DNA from: Eledone cirrhosa
Taxonomy: Eukaryota
Direction of reading: 5' to 3'
Assembly (NCBI GenBank): GCA_964016885.1
Contig: OZ024740.1
Location: 296,608,001-296,672,000, forward strand
Length of the DNA: 64,000 nt
This document shows, in pieces, positions 1 to 15,000 of the stretch. Each line of letters starts with the position of its first letter. The first letter of the stretch is position 1. Below the pieces are notes generated by a model, which was not told the DNA's origin, did not search any database, and was given only the letters and a program-made list of their open reading frames with translations. Position numbers and translations under genes: made by a program.

Positions 1-3000
1 TTTATTTGGGTGCCCCGTTTTTTTTTATGGGGGGTTTCATTTTTTATTTGGGCGCCCCGTTTTTTACTTGGGTGCCCCGTTTCTTTATTTGGGTGTCCCG
101 TTTTTTTATGGGTGTGTCCGTCTTTCATTTGGGTGCCCCGTTTCTTATTTGGGTGTCCCGTTTCTTTATGGGTGGGTCCGTTTTTTATTTGGGTGCCCCG
201 TTTTTTATGGTGGGTTTTTTTTTTAATTGGGTGCCCTGATTTTTATGGGGCGGTCCGTTTTTTATTTGGGTGCCCCGTTTTTTATTTGGGCGCCCCGTTT
301 TTTTATGGGGGGCCGTCTTTTATTTGAGTGCCCGTTTTTTTTATGGTGTCCGTTTTTTATTTGGGTGCCCCGTTGATTTATGAGGGGTCCGTTTTTTATT
401 TGGGTGCCCCTTTTTTATTTGGGTGCCCCGTTTTTTTTATAGGGGGGTCCGTTTTTTATTTGGATATCCGGTTTTTTTATGGGGGGCGTCCGTTTATTAT
501 TTGGGTACCCCGTTTTTTATTTGGGTGCCCCGTTTCTTTATGGGGGGTCCGTTTTTTATTTGGGTGCCCCGTTTCTTTAAGGGGGGTCCGTTTTTCATTT
601 GGGTGCCCCGTTTTTTATTTGGGTGTCCCGTTTTTTATGGGGGGTCCGTTTTTTATTTGGGTGTCCCGTTTAATACGGGGAGGTCCGTTTTTTATTTGGG
701 TGCCCCGTTTTTTTATGGGTGGCTCCGTTTTTTATTTGGGTGCCCCATTTTTTATTTGGGTGTCCCGTTTATTTATGGGCGGGGTCTGTTTTCTTATTTG
801 GGTGCCCCTTTTTTTATGGGGGGTCCGTTTTTTATTTGGGTGCCCCGTTTCTTTATGGGCGGGTCCGTTTTTTATTTGGGTGACCCGTTTTTTTATGGGG
901 GTCCTTATTTTATTTGGGTGACTCGTTTTTTATTTGTGTGCCCCGTTTTTTATTTGGGTGCCTCGTTTTTTTATGGGTGGATCCGGTTTTATTTGGGTGC
1001 CCCATTTTTTATTTGGGTGTCCCGTTTTTTTATGGAACGGTCCGTTTTTTTATTTGGGTGACCCGTTTTTTATTGGGGGGGGGGTTTAATTGGGTGCCCC
1101 GTTTTTTATGGTGGGTTTTTTTTAAATTGGGTGCCCCGATTTTTATGGGGGGGTCCGTTTTTATTTGGGTGTCCCGTTTTTTTAATAGGGGGGTCCGTTT
1201 TTTATTTGGATATCCCGTTTTTTTATGGGGGGCGTCCGTTTATTATTTGGGTACCCCGTTTTTTATTTGGGTGCCCCGTTTTTTTATGGGGGTCCGTTTT
1301 TTTATGGGGGCTCCGTTTTTTATTTGTGTGCCCCGTTTTTTTATGTGGGTCCGTATTTCATTTCGGTGCCCCGTTTTTTATTTTGGTGCCCCGTTTCTTT
1401 ATGGGGTGTCCGTTTTTTATTTGGGTGCCCCGTTTCTTTATGGGGGTGTCCGTTTTTCATTTGGGTGTCCCGTTTTTTATTTGGGTGTCCCGTTTTTTAT
1501 GGGGGGGCCGTTTTTTATTTGGGTGTCCCGTTTTTTATGGGTGGCTCCGTTTTTTATTTGGGTGTCCCGTTTATTTATGGGCGGGGTCCGTTTCTTATTT
1601 GGGTGCCCCTTTTTAATGGAGGGTCCGTTTTTTATTTGGGTGCCCCGTTTTTTTATGGGTGGGTCCGTTTTTTATTTGGGTGACCCGTTTTTTTATGGGG
1701 GGTCCTTATTTTATTTGGGTGACTCGTTTTTTATTTCGGTGGCCCGTTTTTTGATTGGGTGCCCGGTTTTTTAATGGGGGGTCCGTTTTTATTTGGGTGC
1801 CCCGTTTTTTTATGGGGGGTCCGTTTTTTATTTGGGTGCCCTGTTTTTTATGGGGGGCGTCCGTTTTTTATTTGGGTACCCCGTTTTTTATTTGGGTGCC
1901 CCTATCATTTATGGGGGGACCGTTTTTTTATGTGGTCCGTTTTTTATTTGTGTGCCCTGTTTTTTATTTGGGTGCCCCGTTTTTTTATGGTGGGTCCTTT
2001 TTTTATTTGGGTGCCCCGATTTTTATGGGGGTTTCCTTTTTTTATTTGGGTGCCCCGTTTTTTATTTGGGCGCCCTGTTTTTTTATGGGGAGCCGTCTTT
2101 TATTTGGGTGCCCGTTTTTTATTTGAATGCCCCGTTTTTTATTTGGGTGCACCGTTTTTTATTTGGGTGTCCCGTTTTTCTATTTGGTGTCCCGTTTTTT
2201 ATGGGGGGTCCGTTTTTCAATTGGGTTCCCCGTTTTTTATTTGGGTGTCTCGTTATTTTATGGGGGTTCCATTTCTTTTATTTGGGTGTCCCGGTTTTTA
2301 TTTGGGTGTCCCGTTTTTTTATTTGGGTGTCCCGTTTTTTTTATGGTGGGGGGTCCATTTTTTACTTGGGAGCCCCGTTCTTTTATGGGGGGCCCGTTTT
2401 TTATTTGGGTACCCCGTTTTTTATTTGGGTGCCCCGTTTTTTATGGGGGCGTCCGTTTCTTATTTGGGTGCCCCGTTTTTTTATGGGGGGGTTGTTTTTT
2501 ATTTGGGTGCCCCGTTTCTTATTTGGGGGCCCCGTTTTTTATGGGGGGTCCGTTTTTTATTAGGGTTACCCGTTTTTTATTTGGGTGCCCCGTTTTTTTA
2601 TGGGGCGTCCGTTTTTTATTTGGGTGTCCCGTTTTTTTTATGGGGGGTCCGTTTTTTATGGGAGGTCCGTTTTTTATTTGTGTGCCCCGTATTTTATTTG
2701 GGTGCCCCGTTTCTTTATGGGTGGGTCCGTTTTTTATTTGGGTGCCCCGTTTTTTTATGGTGGATCCTTTTTTTATTTGGGTGCCCCGATTTTTATGGGG
2801 GGTCCGTTTTTTATTTGGGTGCCCCGTTTATTATTTGGGCGCCCCGTTTTTTTATGGGGGCCTTCTTTTATTTGGGTGCCCGTTTTTTTATGGGGGGTCC
2901 GTTTTTTATTTGTGTGCCCCGTTTTTTAATGGGGGGTCCGTTTTTTATTTGGGTGCCCCGTTTTTTATTTGGGTGTCCCGTTTTTTTATGGGTGTCCGTT

Positions 3001-6000
3001 TTTTATTTGTGTGCCCCGTTTTTTTATGGGGGGTCCGTTTTTTATTTGAGTGCCCCGTTTTTTATTTGGGTGCCCCGTTCCTTATTTGTGTTCCTCGTTT
3101 TTTAATGGGGGGGGTCCGTTTTTTGTTTGGGTGGCCCGTTTTTTAATGGGCGGGTCCGTTTTTTATTTGGGAGCCCCGTTTTTTATGGGGGGGTCCGTTG
3201 GGTGCCCCATTTTTATATGGGGGCGTCCGTTTTTTATGGGGTGTCCGTTTTTTTACGGGGGTCCGTTTTTTATTTGTGTGCCCCTTTTTTTATTTCGGTG
3301 CCGCGTTTCTTTATGGGTGGCTCCGTTTTTTATTTGTGTGCCCCGTTTTTTTATGGTGGGTCCTTTTTTATTTGGGTGCCCCGATGTTTATGGGGGTGTC
3401 CGTTTTTCATTTGGGTGCCTCGTTTTTTATTTGGGCGCCCCGTGTTTTTATGGGGGGCCGTCTTTTATTTGGTTGCCCGTTTTTTTATGGGGGGTCCGTT
3501 TTCTATTTGGGTGCCCCATTTTTTAATGGGGGGTCCGTTTTTATTTGGGTGGCCCGTATTTTTATGGGGGTGTCCGTTTTTTATTTGGGTGCCCCGTTTT
3601 TTATGGGGGATCCGTTTTTTATTTGGGTGCCTCGTTTTTTATTTGGGTGTCCCGTTTTTTTTATGGGGGTCCGTTTTTTATTTGAGTGCCCCGTTTTTTA
3701 TTTGGGTGCCGCGTTTTTTATTTGGGTGCCCCGTTTATTTATTTGGGTGTCCCGTTTTTTATTTGGGTGTCCCATTTTTTTATGGGGGTCCGTTTTTCAT
3801 TTGGGTGTCCCGTTTTTTTATGGGGGGCCGTTTTTTATGGGGGTGCGTTTTTTATTTGGGTGCCCCGTTTTTTATTTGGGTGCCCCGTTTTTTATTTGAG
3901 TGCCCCGTTTTTTATTTGGGTGCCCCGTTTTTTATTTGGGTGCCCCGTTTTTTTTTGGGGTGCCCCGTTTCTTTATGGGTGGGTCCGTTTTTTATTTGGG
4001 TGCCCCGTTTTTTTATGGTGGATCCTTTTTTTTATTTGGGTGCCCCGATTTTTATGGGGGGTCCGTTTTTTATTTGGGTGCCTTGTTTATTATTTGGGCG
4101 CCCCGTTTTTTTATGGGGGCCTTCTTTTATTTGGGTGCCCGTTTTTTTATGGGGGGTCCGTTTTTTATTTGTGTGCCCCGTTTTTTAATGGGGGGTCCGT
4201 TTTTTATTTGGGTGCCCCGTTTTTTATTTGGGTGTCCCGTTTTTTTATGGGTGTCCGTTTTTTATTTGTGTGCCCCGTTTTTTATTTGTGTGCCCCGTTT
4301 TTTTATGGGGGTCCGTTTTTTATTTGAGTGCCCCGTTTCTTATTTGTGTTCCCCGTTTTTTAATGGGGGGGGTCCGTTTTTTGTTTGGGTGGCCCGTTTT
4401 TTAATGGGCGGGTCCGTTTTTTATTTGGGAGCCCCGTTTTTTATTTGTGTGCCCCGTTTTTTTATGGGGGGTCCGTTTTTTATTTGGGTGCCCCGTTTCT
4501 TATTTGTGTTCCCCGTTTTTTAATGGGGGGGTCCGTTTTTTGTTTGGGTGGCCCGTTTTTTAATGGGCGGGTCCGTTTTTTATTTGGGAGCCCCGTTTTT
4601 TATGGGGGGGTCCGTTGGGTGCCCCGTTTTTATATGGGGGGCGTCCGTTTTTTACGGGGTGTCCGTTTTTTTACGGGGGTCCGTTTTTTATTTGTGTGCC
4701 CCTTTTTTTATTTCGGTGCCGCGTTTCTTTATGGGTGGCTCCGTTTTTTATTTGTGTGCCCCGTTTTTTTATGGTGGGTCCTTTTTTATTTGGGTGCCCC
4801 GATGTTTATGGGGGTGTCCGTTTTTCATTTGGGTGCCTCGTTTTTTATTTGGGCGCCCCGTGTTTTTATGGGGGGCCGTCTTTTATTTGGTTGCCCGTTT
4901 TTTTATGGGGGGTCCGTTTTCTATTTGGGTGCCCCATTTTTTAATGGGGGGTCCGTTTTTATTTGGGTGGCCCGTATTTTTATGGGGGTGTCCGTTTTTT
5001 ATTTGGGTGCCCCGTTTTTTATGGGGGATCCGTTTTTTATTTGGGTGCCTCGTTTTTTATTTGGGTGTCCCGTTTTTTTTATGGGGGTCCGTTTTTTATT
5101 TGAGTGCCCCGTTTATTTATTTGGGTGCCCGGTTTTTTATTTGGGTGCCCCGTTTTTTATTTGGGTGCCCCGTTTATTTATTTGGGTGCCCGGTTTTTTA
5201 TTTGGGTGTCCCATTTTTTTATGGGGGTCCGTTTTTCATTTGGGTGTCCCGTTTTTTTATGGGGGGCCGTTTTTTATGGGGGTGCGTTTTTCATTTGGGT
5301 GCCCCGTTTTTTATTTGGGTGCTCCGTTTTTTATTTGAGTGCCCCGTTTTTTATTTGGGTGCCCCGTTTTTTATTTGGGTGCCCCGTTTTTTATTTGGGT
5401 GCCCCGTTTCTTTATGGGTGGGTCCGTTTTTTATTTGGGTGCCCCGTTTTTTTATGGTGGATCCTTTTTTTATTTGGGTGCCCCGATTTTTATGGGGGGT
5501 CCGTTTTTTATTTGGGTGCCCCGTTTATTATTTGGGCGCCCCGTTTTTTTATGGGGGCCTTCTTTTATTTGGGTGCCCGTTTTTTTATGGGGGGTCCGTT
5601 TTTTATTTGTGTGCCCCGTTTTTTAATGGGGGGTCCGTTTTTTATTTGGGTGCCCCGTTTTTTATTTGGGTGTCCCGTTTTTTATGGGTGTCCGTTTTTT
5701 ATTTGTGTGCCCCGTTTTTTATTTGTGTGCCCCGTTTTTTTATGGGGGGTCCGTTTTTTATTTGAGTGCCCCGTTTTTTATTTGGGTGCCCCGTTTCCTA
5801 TTTGTGTTCCCCGTTTTTTAATGGGGGGGGTCCGTTTTTTGTTTGGGTGGCCCGTTTTTTAATGGGCGGGTCCGTTTTTTATTTGGGAGCCCCGTTTTTT
5901 ATGGGGGGGTCCGTTGGGTGCCCCGTTTTTATATGGGGGGCGTCCGTTTTTTACGGGGTGTCCGTTTTTTTACGGCTCTCCGTTTTTTATTTGTGTGCCC

Positions 6001-9000
6001 CTTTTTTTATTTCGGTGCCGCGTTTCTTTATGGGTGGCTCCGTTTTTTATTTGTGTGCCCCGTTTTTTTATGGTGGGTCCTTTTTTATTTGGGTGCCCCG
6101 ATGTTTATGGGGGTGTCCGTTTTTCATTTGGGTGCCTCGTTTTTTATTTGGGCGCCCCGTGTTTTTATGGGGGGCCGTCTTTTATTTGGTTGCCCGTTTT
6201 TTTATGGGGGGTCCGTTTTCTATTTGGGTGCCCCATCTTTTAATGGGGGGTCCGTTTTTATTTGGGTGGCCCGTATTTTTATGGGGGTGTCCGTTTTTTA
6301 TTTGGGTGCCCCGTTTTTTATGGGGGATCCGTTTTTTATTTGGGTGCCTCGTTTTTTATTTGGGTGTCCCGTTTTTTTTATGGGGGTCCGTTTTTTATTT
6401 GAGTGCCCCGTTTTTTATTTGGGTGCCCCGTTTTTTATTTGGGTGCTCCGTTTATTTATTTGGGTGCCCCGTTTTTTATTTGGGTGTCCCATTTTTTTAT
6501 GGGGGTCCGTTTTTCATTTGGGTGTCCCGTTTTTTTATGGGGGCCGTTTTTTATGGGGGTGCGTTTTTTATTTGGGTGCCCCGTTTTTTATTTGGGTGCC
6601 CCGTTTTTTATTTGAGTGCCCCGTTTTTTATTTGGGTGCCCCGTTTTTTATTTGGGTGCCTCGTTTTTTATTTGGGTGCCCCGTTTTTTATTTGGGTGTC
6701 CCATTTTTTTTATGGGGGTCCGTTTTTCATTTGGGCGCCCCGTGTTTTTATGGGGGGCCGTCTTTTATTTGGTTGCCCGTTTTTTTATGGGGGGTCCGTT
6801 TTCTATTTGGGTGCCCCATTTTTTAATGGGGGGTCCGTTTTTATTTGGGTGGCCCGTATTTTTATGGGGGTGTCCGTTTTTTATTTGGGTGCCCCGTTTT
6901 TTATGGGGGATCCGTTTTTTATTTGGGTGCCTCGTTTTTTATTTGGGTGTCCCGTTTTTTTTATGGGGGTCCGTTTTTTATTTGAGTGCCCCGTTTTTTA
7001 TTTGGGTGCCCCGTTTTTTATTTGGGTGCCCCGTTTATTTATTTGGGTGCCCGGTTTTTTATTTGGGTGTCCCATTTTTTTATGGGGGTCCGTTTTTCAT
7101 TTGGGTGTCCCGTTTTTTTATGGGGGGCCGTTTTTTATGGGGGTGCGTTTTTCATTTGGGTGCCCCGTTTTTTATTTGGGTGCTCCGTTTTTTATTTGAG
7201 TGCCCCGTTTTTTATTTGGGTGCCCCGTTTTTTATTTGGGTGCCCCGTTTTTTATTTGGGTGCCCCGTTTCTTTATGGGTGGGTCCGTTTTTTATTTGGG
7301 TGCCCCGTTTTTTTATGGTGGATCCTTTTTTTATTTGGGTGCCCCGATTTTTATGGGGGGTCCGTTTTTTATTTGGGTGCCCCGTTTATTATTTGGGCGC
7401 CCCGTTTTTTTATGGGGGCCTTCTTTTATTTGGGTGCCCGTTTTTTTATGGGGGGTCCGTTTTTTATTTGTGTGCCCCGTTTTTTAATGGGGGGTCCGTT
7501 TTTTATTTGGGTGCCCCGTTTTTTATTTGGGTGTCCCGTTTTTTATGGGTGTCCGTTTTTTATTTGTGTGCCCCGTTTTTTATTTGTGTGCCCCGTTTTT
7601 TTATGGGGGGTCCGTTTTTTATTTGAGTGCCCCGTTTTTTATTTGGGTGCCCCGTTTCCTATTTGTGTTCCCCGTTTTTTAATGGGGGGGGTCCGTTTTT
7701 TGTTTGGGTGGCCCGTTTTTTAATGGGCGGGTCCGTTTTTTATTTGGGAGCCCCGTTTTTTATGGGGGGGTCCGTTGGGTGCCCCGTTTTTATATGGGGG
7801 GCGTCCGTTTTTTACGGGGTGTCCGTTTTTTTACGGCTCTCCGTTTTTTATTTGTGTGCCCCTTTTTTTATTTCGGTGCCGCGTTTCTTTATGGGTGGCT
7901 CCGTTTTTTATTTGTGTGCCCCGTTTTTTTATGGTGGGTCCTTTTTTATTTGGGTGCCCCGATGTTTATGGGGGTGTCCGTTTTTCATTTGGGTGCCTCG
8001 TTTTTTATTTGGGCGCCCCGTGTTTTTATGGGGGGCCGTCTTTTATTTGGTTGCCCGTTTTTTTATGGGGGGTCCGTTTTCTATTTGGGTGCCCCATCTT
8101 TTAATGGGGGGTCCGTTTTTATTTGGGTGGCCCGTATTTTTATGGGGGTGTCCGTTTTTTATTTGGGTGCCCCGTTTTTTATGGGGGATCCGTTTTTTAT
8201 TTGGGTGCCTCGTTTTTTATTTGGGTGTCCCGTTTTTTTTATGGGGGTCCGTTTTTTATTTGAGTGCCCCGTTTTTTATTTGGGTGCCCCGTTTTTTATT
8301 TGGGTGCCCCGTTTATTTATTTGGGTGCCCCGTTTTTTATTTGGGTGTCCCATTTTTTTATGGGGGTCCGTTTTTCATTTGGGTGTCCCGTTTTTTTATG
8401 GGGGCCGTTTTTTATGGGGGTGCGTTTTTTATTTGGGTGCCCCGTTTTTTATTTGGGTGCCCCGTTTTTTATTTGAGTGCCCCGTTTTTTATTTGGGTGC
8501 CCCGTTTTTTATTTGGGTGCCTCGTTTTTTATTTGGGTGCCCCGTTTTTTATTTGGGTGTCCCATTTTTTTTATGGGGGTCCGTTTTTCATTTGGGCGCC
8601 CCGTGTTTTTATGGGGGGCCGTCTTTTATTTGGTTGCCCGTTTTTTTATGGGGGGTCCGTTTTCTATTTGGGTGCCCCATTTTTTAATGGGGGGTCCGTT
8701 TTTATTTGGGTGGCCCGTATTTTTATGGGGGTGTCCGTTTTTTATTTGGGTGCCCCGTTTTTTATGGGGGATCCGTTTTTTATTTGGGTGCCTCGTTTTT
8801 TATTTGGGTGTCCCGTTTTTTTTATGGGGGTCCGTTTTTTATTTGAGTGCCCCGTTTTTTATTTGGGTGCCCCGTTTTTTATTTGGGTGCCCCGTTTATT
8901 TATTTGGGTGCCCGGTTTTTTATTTGGGTGTCCCATTTTTTTATGGGGGTCCGTTTTTCACTTGGGTGTCCCGTTCTTTTATGGGGGGCCGTTTTTTATG

Positions 9001-12000
9001 GGGGTGCGTTTTTCATTTGGGTGCCCCGTTTTTTATTTGGGTGCTCCGTTTTTTATTTGAGTGCCCCGTTTTTTATTTGGGTGCCCCGTTTTTTATTTGG
9101 GTGCCCCGTTTTTTATTTGGGTGCCCCGTTTCTTTATGGGTGGGTCCGTTTTTTATTTGGGTGCCCCGTTTTTTTATGGTGGATCCTTTTTTTATTTGGG
9201 TGCCCCGATTTTTATGGGGGGTCCGTTTTTTATTTGGGTGCCCCGTTTATTATTTGGGCGCCCCGTTTTTTTATGGGGGCCTTCTTTTATTTGGGTGCCC
9301 GTTTTTTTATGGGGGGTCCGTTTTTTATTTGTGTGCCCCGTTTTTTAATGGGGGGTCCGTTTTTTATTTGGGTGCCCCGTTTTTTATTTGGGTGTCCCGT
9401 TTTTTATGGGTGTCCGTTTTTTATTTGTGTGCCCCGTTTTTTATTTGTGTGCCCCGTTTTTTTATGGGGGGTCCGTTTTTTATTTGAGTGCCCCGTTTTT
9501 TATTTGGGTGCCCCGTTTCCTATTTGTGTTCCCCGTTTTTTAATGGGGGGGTCCGTTTTTTGTTTGGGTGGCCCGTTTTTTAATGGGCGGGTCCGTTTTT
9601 TATTTGGGAGCCCCGTTTTTTATGGGGGGGGGTCCGTTGGGTGCCCCGTTTTTATATGGGGGGCGTCCGTTTTTTACGGGGTGTCCGTTTTTTTACGGCT
9701 CTCCGTTTTTTATTTGTGTGCCCCTTTTTTTATTTCGGTGCCGCGTTTCTTTATGGGTGGCTCCGTTTTTTATTTGTGTGCCCCGTTTTTTTATGGTGGG
9801 TCCTTTTTTATTTGGGTGCCCCGATGTTTATGGGGGTGTCCGTTTTTCATTTGGGTGCCTCGTTTTTTATTTGGGCGCCCCGTGTTTTTATGGGGGGCCG
9901 TCTTTTATTTGGTTGCCCGTTTTTTTATGGGGGGTCCGTTTTCTATTTGGGTGCCCCATCTTTTAATGGGGGGTCCGTTTTTATTTGGGTGGCCCGTATT
10001 TTTATGGGGGTGTCCGTTTTTTATTTGGGTGCCCCGTTTTTTATGGGGGATCCGTTTTTTATTTGGGTGCCTCGTTTTTTATTTGGGTGTCCCGTTTTTT
10101 TTATGGGGGTCCGTTTTTTATTTGAGTGCCCCGTTTTTTATTTGGGTGCCCCGTTTTTTATTTGGGTGCCCCGTTTATTTATTTGGGTGCCCCGTTTTTT
10201 ATTTGGGTGTCCCATTTTTTTATGGGGGTCCGTTTTTCATTTGGGTGTCCCGTTTTTTTATGGGGGCCGTTTTTTATGGGGGTGCGTTTTTTATTTGGGT
10301 GCCCCGTTTTTTATTTGGGTGCCCCGTTTTTTATTTGAGTGCCCCGTTTTTTATTTGGGTGCCCCGTTTTTTATTTGGGTGCCTCGTTTTTTATTTGGGT
10401 GCCCCGTTTTTTATTTGGGTGTCCCATTTTTTTTATGGGGGTCCGTTTTTCATTTGGGCGCCCCGTGTTTTTATGGGGGGCCGTCTTTTATTTGGTTGCC
10501 CGTTTTTTTATGGGGGGTCCGTTTTCTATTTGGGTGCCCCATTTTTTAATGGGGGGTCCGTTTTTATTTGGGTGGCCCGTATTTTTATGGGGGTGTCCGT
10601 TTTTTATTTGGGTGCCCCGTTTTTTATGGGGGATCCGTTTTTTATTTGGGTGCCTCGTTTTTTATTTGGGTGTCCCGTTTTTTTTATGGGGGTCCGTTTT
10701 TTATTTGAGTGCCCCGTTTTTTATTTGGGTGCCCCGTTTTTTATTTGGGTGCCCCGTTTATTTATTTGGGTGCCCGGTTTTTTATTTGGGTGTCCCATTT
10801 TTTTATGGGGGTCCGTTTTTCACTTGGGTGTCCCGTTCTTTTATGGGGGGCCGTTTTTTATGGGGGTGCGTTTTTCATTTGGGTGCCCCGTTTTTTATTT
10901 GGGTGCTCCGTTTTTTATTTGAGTGCCCCGTTTTTTATTTGGGTGCCCCGTTTTTTATTTGGGTGCCCCGTTTTTTATTTGGGTGCCCCGTTTCTTTATG
11001 GGTGGGTCCGTTTTTTATTTGGGTGCCCCGTTTTTTTATGGTGGATCCTTTTTTTATTTGGGTGCCCCGATTTTTATGGGGGGTCCGTTTTTTATTTGGG
11101 TGCCCCGTTTATTATTTGGGCGCCCCGTTTTTTTATGGGGGCCTTCTTTTATTTGGGTGCCCGTTTTTTTATGGGGGGTCCGTTTTTTATTTGTGTGCCC
11201 CGTTTTTTAATGGGGGGTCCGTTTTTTATTTGGGTGCCCCGTTTTTTATTTGGGTGTCCCGTTTTTTATGGGTGTCCGTTTTTTATTTGTGTGCCCCGTT
11301 TTTTATTTGTGTGCCCCGTTTTTTTATGGGGGGTCCGTTTTTTATTTGAGTGCCCCGTTTTTTATTTGGGTGCCCCGTTTCCTATTTGTGTTCCCCGTTT
11401 TTTAATGGGGGGGTCCGTTTTTTGTTTGGGTGGCCCGTTTTTTAATGGGCGGGTCCGTTTTTTATTTGGGAGCCCCGTTTTTTATGGGGGGGGGTCCGTT
11501 GGGTGCCCCGTTTTTATATGGGGGGCGTCCGTTTTTTACGGGGTGTCCGTTTTTTTACGGCTCTCCGTTTTTTATTTGTGTGCCCCTTTTTTTATTTCGG
11601 TGCCGCGTTTCTTTATGGGTGGCTCCGTTTTTTATTTGTGTGCCCCGTTTTTTTATGGTGGGTCCTTTTTTATTTGGGTGCCCCGATGTTTATGGGGGTG
11701 TCCGTTTTTCATTTGGGTGCCTCGTTTTTTATTTGGGCGCCCCGTGTTTTTATGGGGGGCCGTCTTTTATTTGGTTGCCCGTTTTTTTATGGGGGGTCCG
11801 TTTTCTATTTGGGTGCCCCATCTTTTAATGGGGGGTCCGTTTTTATTTGGGTGGCCCGTATTTTTATGGGGGTGTCCGTTTTTTATTTGGGTGCCCCGTT
11901 TTTTATGGGGGATCCGTTTTTTATTTGGGTGCCTCGTTTTTTATTTGGGTGTCCCGTTTTTTTTATGGGGGTCCGTTTTTTATTTGAGTGCCCCGTTTTT

Positions 12001-15000
12001 TATTTGGGTGCCCCGTTTTTTATTTGGGTGCCCCGTTTATTTATTTGGGTGCCCCGTTTTTTATTTGGGTGTCCCATTTTTTTATGGGGGTCCGTTTTTC
12101 ATTTGGGTGTCCCGTTTTTTTATGGGGGCCGTTTTTTATGGGGGTGCGTTTTTTATTTGGGTGCCCCGTTTTTTATTTGGGTGCCCCGTTTTTTATTTGA
12201 GTGCCCCGTTTTTTATTTGGGTGCCCCGTTTTTTATTTGGGTGCCTCGTTTTTTATTTGGGTGCCCCGTTTTTTATTTGGGTGTCCCATTTTTTTTATGG
12301 GGGTCCGTTTTTCATTTGGGCGCCCCGTGTTTTTATGGGGGGCCGTCTTTTATTTGGTTGCCCGTTTTTTTATGGGGGGTCCGTTTTCTATTTGGGTGCC
12401 CCATTTTTTAATGGGGGGTCCGTTTTTATTTGGGTGGCCCGTATTTTTATGGGGGTGTCCGTTTTTTATTTGGGTGCCCCGTTTTTTATGGGGGATCCGT
12501 TTTTTATTTGGGTGCCTCGTTTTTTATTTGGGTGTCCCGTTTTTTTTATGGGGGTCCGTTTTTTATTTGAGTGCCCCGTTTTTTATTTGGGTGCCCCGTT
12601 TTTTATTTGGGTGCCCCGTTTATTTATTTGGGTGCCCGGTTTTTTATTTGGGTGTCCCATTTTTTTATGGGGGTCCGTTTTTCATTTGGGTGTCCCGTTT
12701 TTTTATGGGGGGCCGTTTTTTATGGGGGTGCGTTTTTCATTTGGGTGCCCCGTTTTTTATTTGGGTGCTCCGTTTTTTATTTGAGTGCCCCGTTTTTTAT
12801 TTGGGTGCCCCGTTTTTTATTTGGGTGCCCCGTTTTTTATTTGGGTGCCCCGTTTCTTTATGGGTGGGTCCGTTTTTTATTTGGGTGCCCCGTTTTTTTA
12901 TGGTGGATCCTTTTTTTATTTGGGTGCCCCGATTTTTATGGGGGGTCCGTTTTTTATTTGGGTGCCCCGTTTATTATTTGGGCGCCCCGTTTTTTTATGG
13001 GGGCCTTCTTTTATTTGGGTGCCCGTTTTTTTATGGGGGGTCCGTTTTTTATTTGTGTGCCCCGTTTTTTAATGGGGGGTCCGTTTTTTATTTGGGTGCC
13101 CCGTTTTTTATTTGGGTGTCCCGTTTTTTATGGGTGTCCGTTTTTTATTTGTGTGCCCCGTTTTTTATTTGTGTGCCCCGTTTTTTTATGGGGGGTCCGT
13201 TTTTTATTTGAGTGCCCCGTTTTTTATTTGGGTGCCCCGTTTCCTATTTGTGTTCCCCGTTTTTTAATGGGGGGGGTCCGTTTTTTGTTTGGGTGGCCCG
13301 TTTTTTAATGGGCGGGTCCGTTTTTTATTTGGGAGCCCCGTTTTTTATGGGGGGGGGTCCGTTGGGTGCCCCGTTTTTATATGGGGGGCGTCCGTTTTTT
13401 ACGGGGTGTCCGTTTTTTTACGGCTCTCCGTTTTTTATTTGTGTGCCCCTTTTTTTATTTCGGTGCCGCGTTTCTTTATGGGTGGCTCCGTTTTTTATTT
13501 GTGTGCCCCGTTTTTTTATGGTGGGTCCTTTTTTATTTGGGTGCCCCGATGTTTATGGGGGTGTCCGTTTTTCATTTGGGTGCCTCGTTTTTTATTTGGG
13601 CGCCCCGTGTTTTTATGGGGGGCCGTCTTTTATTTGGTTGCCCGTTTTTTTATGGGGGGTCCGTTTTCTATTTGGGTGCCCCATCTTTTAATGGGGGGTC
13701 CGTTTTTATTTGGGTGGCCCGTATTTTTATGGGGGTGTCCGTTTTTTATTTGGGTGCCCCGTTTTTTATGGGGGATCCGTTTTTTATTTGGGTGCCTCGT
13801 TTTTTATTTGGGTGTCCCGTTTTTTTTATGGGGGTCCGTTTTTTATTTGAGTGCCCCGTTTTTTATTTGGGTGCCCCGTTTTTTATTTGGGTGCCCCGTT
13901 TATTTATTTGGGTGCCCCGTTTTTTATTTGGGTGTCCCATTTTTTTATGGGGGTCCGTTTTTCATTTGGGTGTCCCGTTTTTTTATGGGGGCCGTTTTTT
14001 ATGGGGGTGCGTTTTTTATTTGGGTGCCCCGTTTTTTATTTGGGTGCCCCGTTTTTTATTTGAGTGCCCCGTTTTTTATTTGGGTGCCCCGTTTTTTATT
14101 TGGGTGCCTCGTTTTTTATTTGGGTGCCCCGTTTTTTATTTGGGTGTCCCATTTTTTTTATGGGGGTCCGTTTTTCATTTGGGCGCCCCGTGTTTTTATG
14201 GGGGGCCGTCTTTTATTTGGTTGTCCGTTTTTTTATGGGGGGTCCGTTTTCTATTTGGGTGCCCCATTTTTTAATGGGGGGTCCGTTTTTATTTGGGTGG
14301 CCCGTATTTTTATGGGGGTGTCCGTTTTTTATTTGGGTGCCCCGTTTTTTATGGGGGATCCGTTTTTTATTTGGGTGCCTCGTTTTTTATTTGGGTGTCC
14401 CGTTTTTTTTATGGGGGTCCGTTTTTTATTTGAGTGCCCCGTTTTTTATTTGGGTGCCCCGTTTTTTATTTGGGTGCCCCGTTTATTTATTTGGGTGCCC
14501 GGTTTTTTATTTGGGTGTCCCATTTTTTTATGGGGGTCCGTTTTTCACTTGGGTGTCCCGTTCTTTTATGGGGGGCCGTTTTTTATGGGGGTGCGTTTTT
14601 CATTTGGGTGCCCCGTTTTTTATTTGGGTGCTCCGTTTTTTATTTGAGTGCCCCGTTTTTTATTTGGGTGCCCCGTTTTTTATTTGGGTGCCCCGTTTTT
14701 TATTTGGGTGCCCCGTTTCTTTATGGGTGGGTCCGTTTTTTATTTGGGTGCCCCGTTTTTTTATGGTGGATCCTTTTTTTATTTGGGTGCCCCGATTTTT
14801 ATGGGGGGTCCGTTTTTTATTTGGGTGCCCCGTTTATTATTTGGGCGCCCCGTTTTTTTATGGGGGCCTTCTTTTATTTGGGTGCCCGTTTTTTTATGGG
14901 GGGTCCGTTTTTTATTTGTGTGCCCCGTTTTTTAATGGGGGGTCCGTTTTTTATTTGGGTGCCCCGTTTTTTATTTGGGTGTCCCGTTTTTTATGGGTGT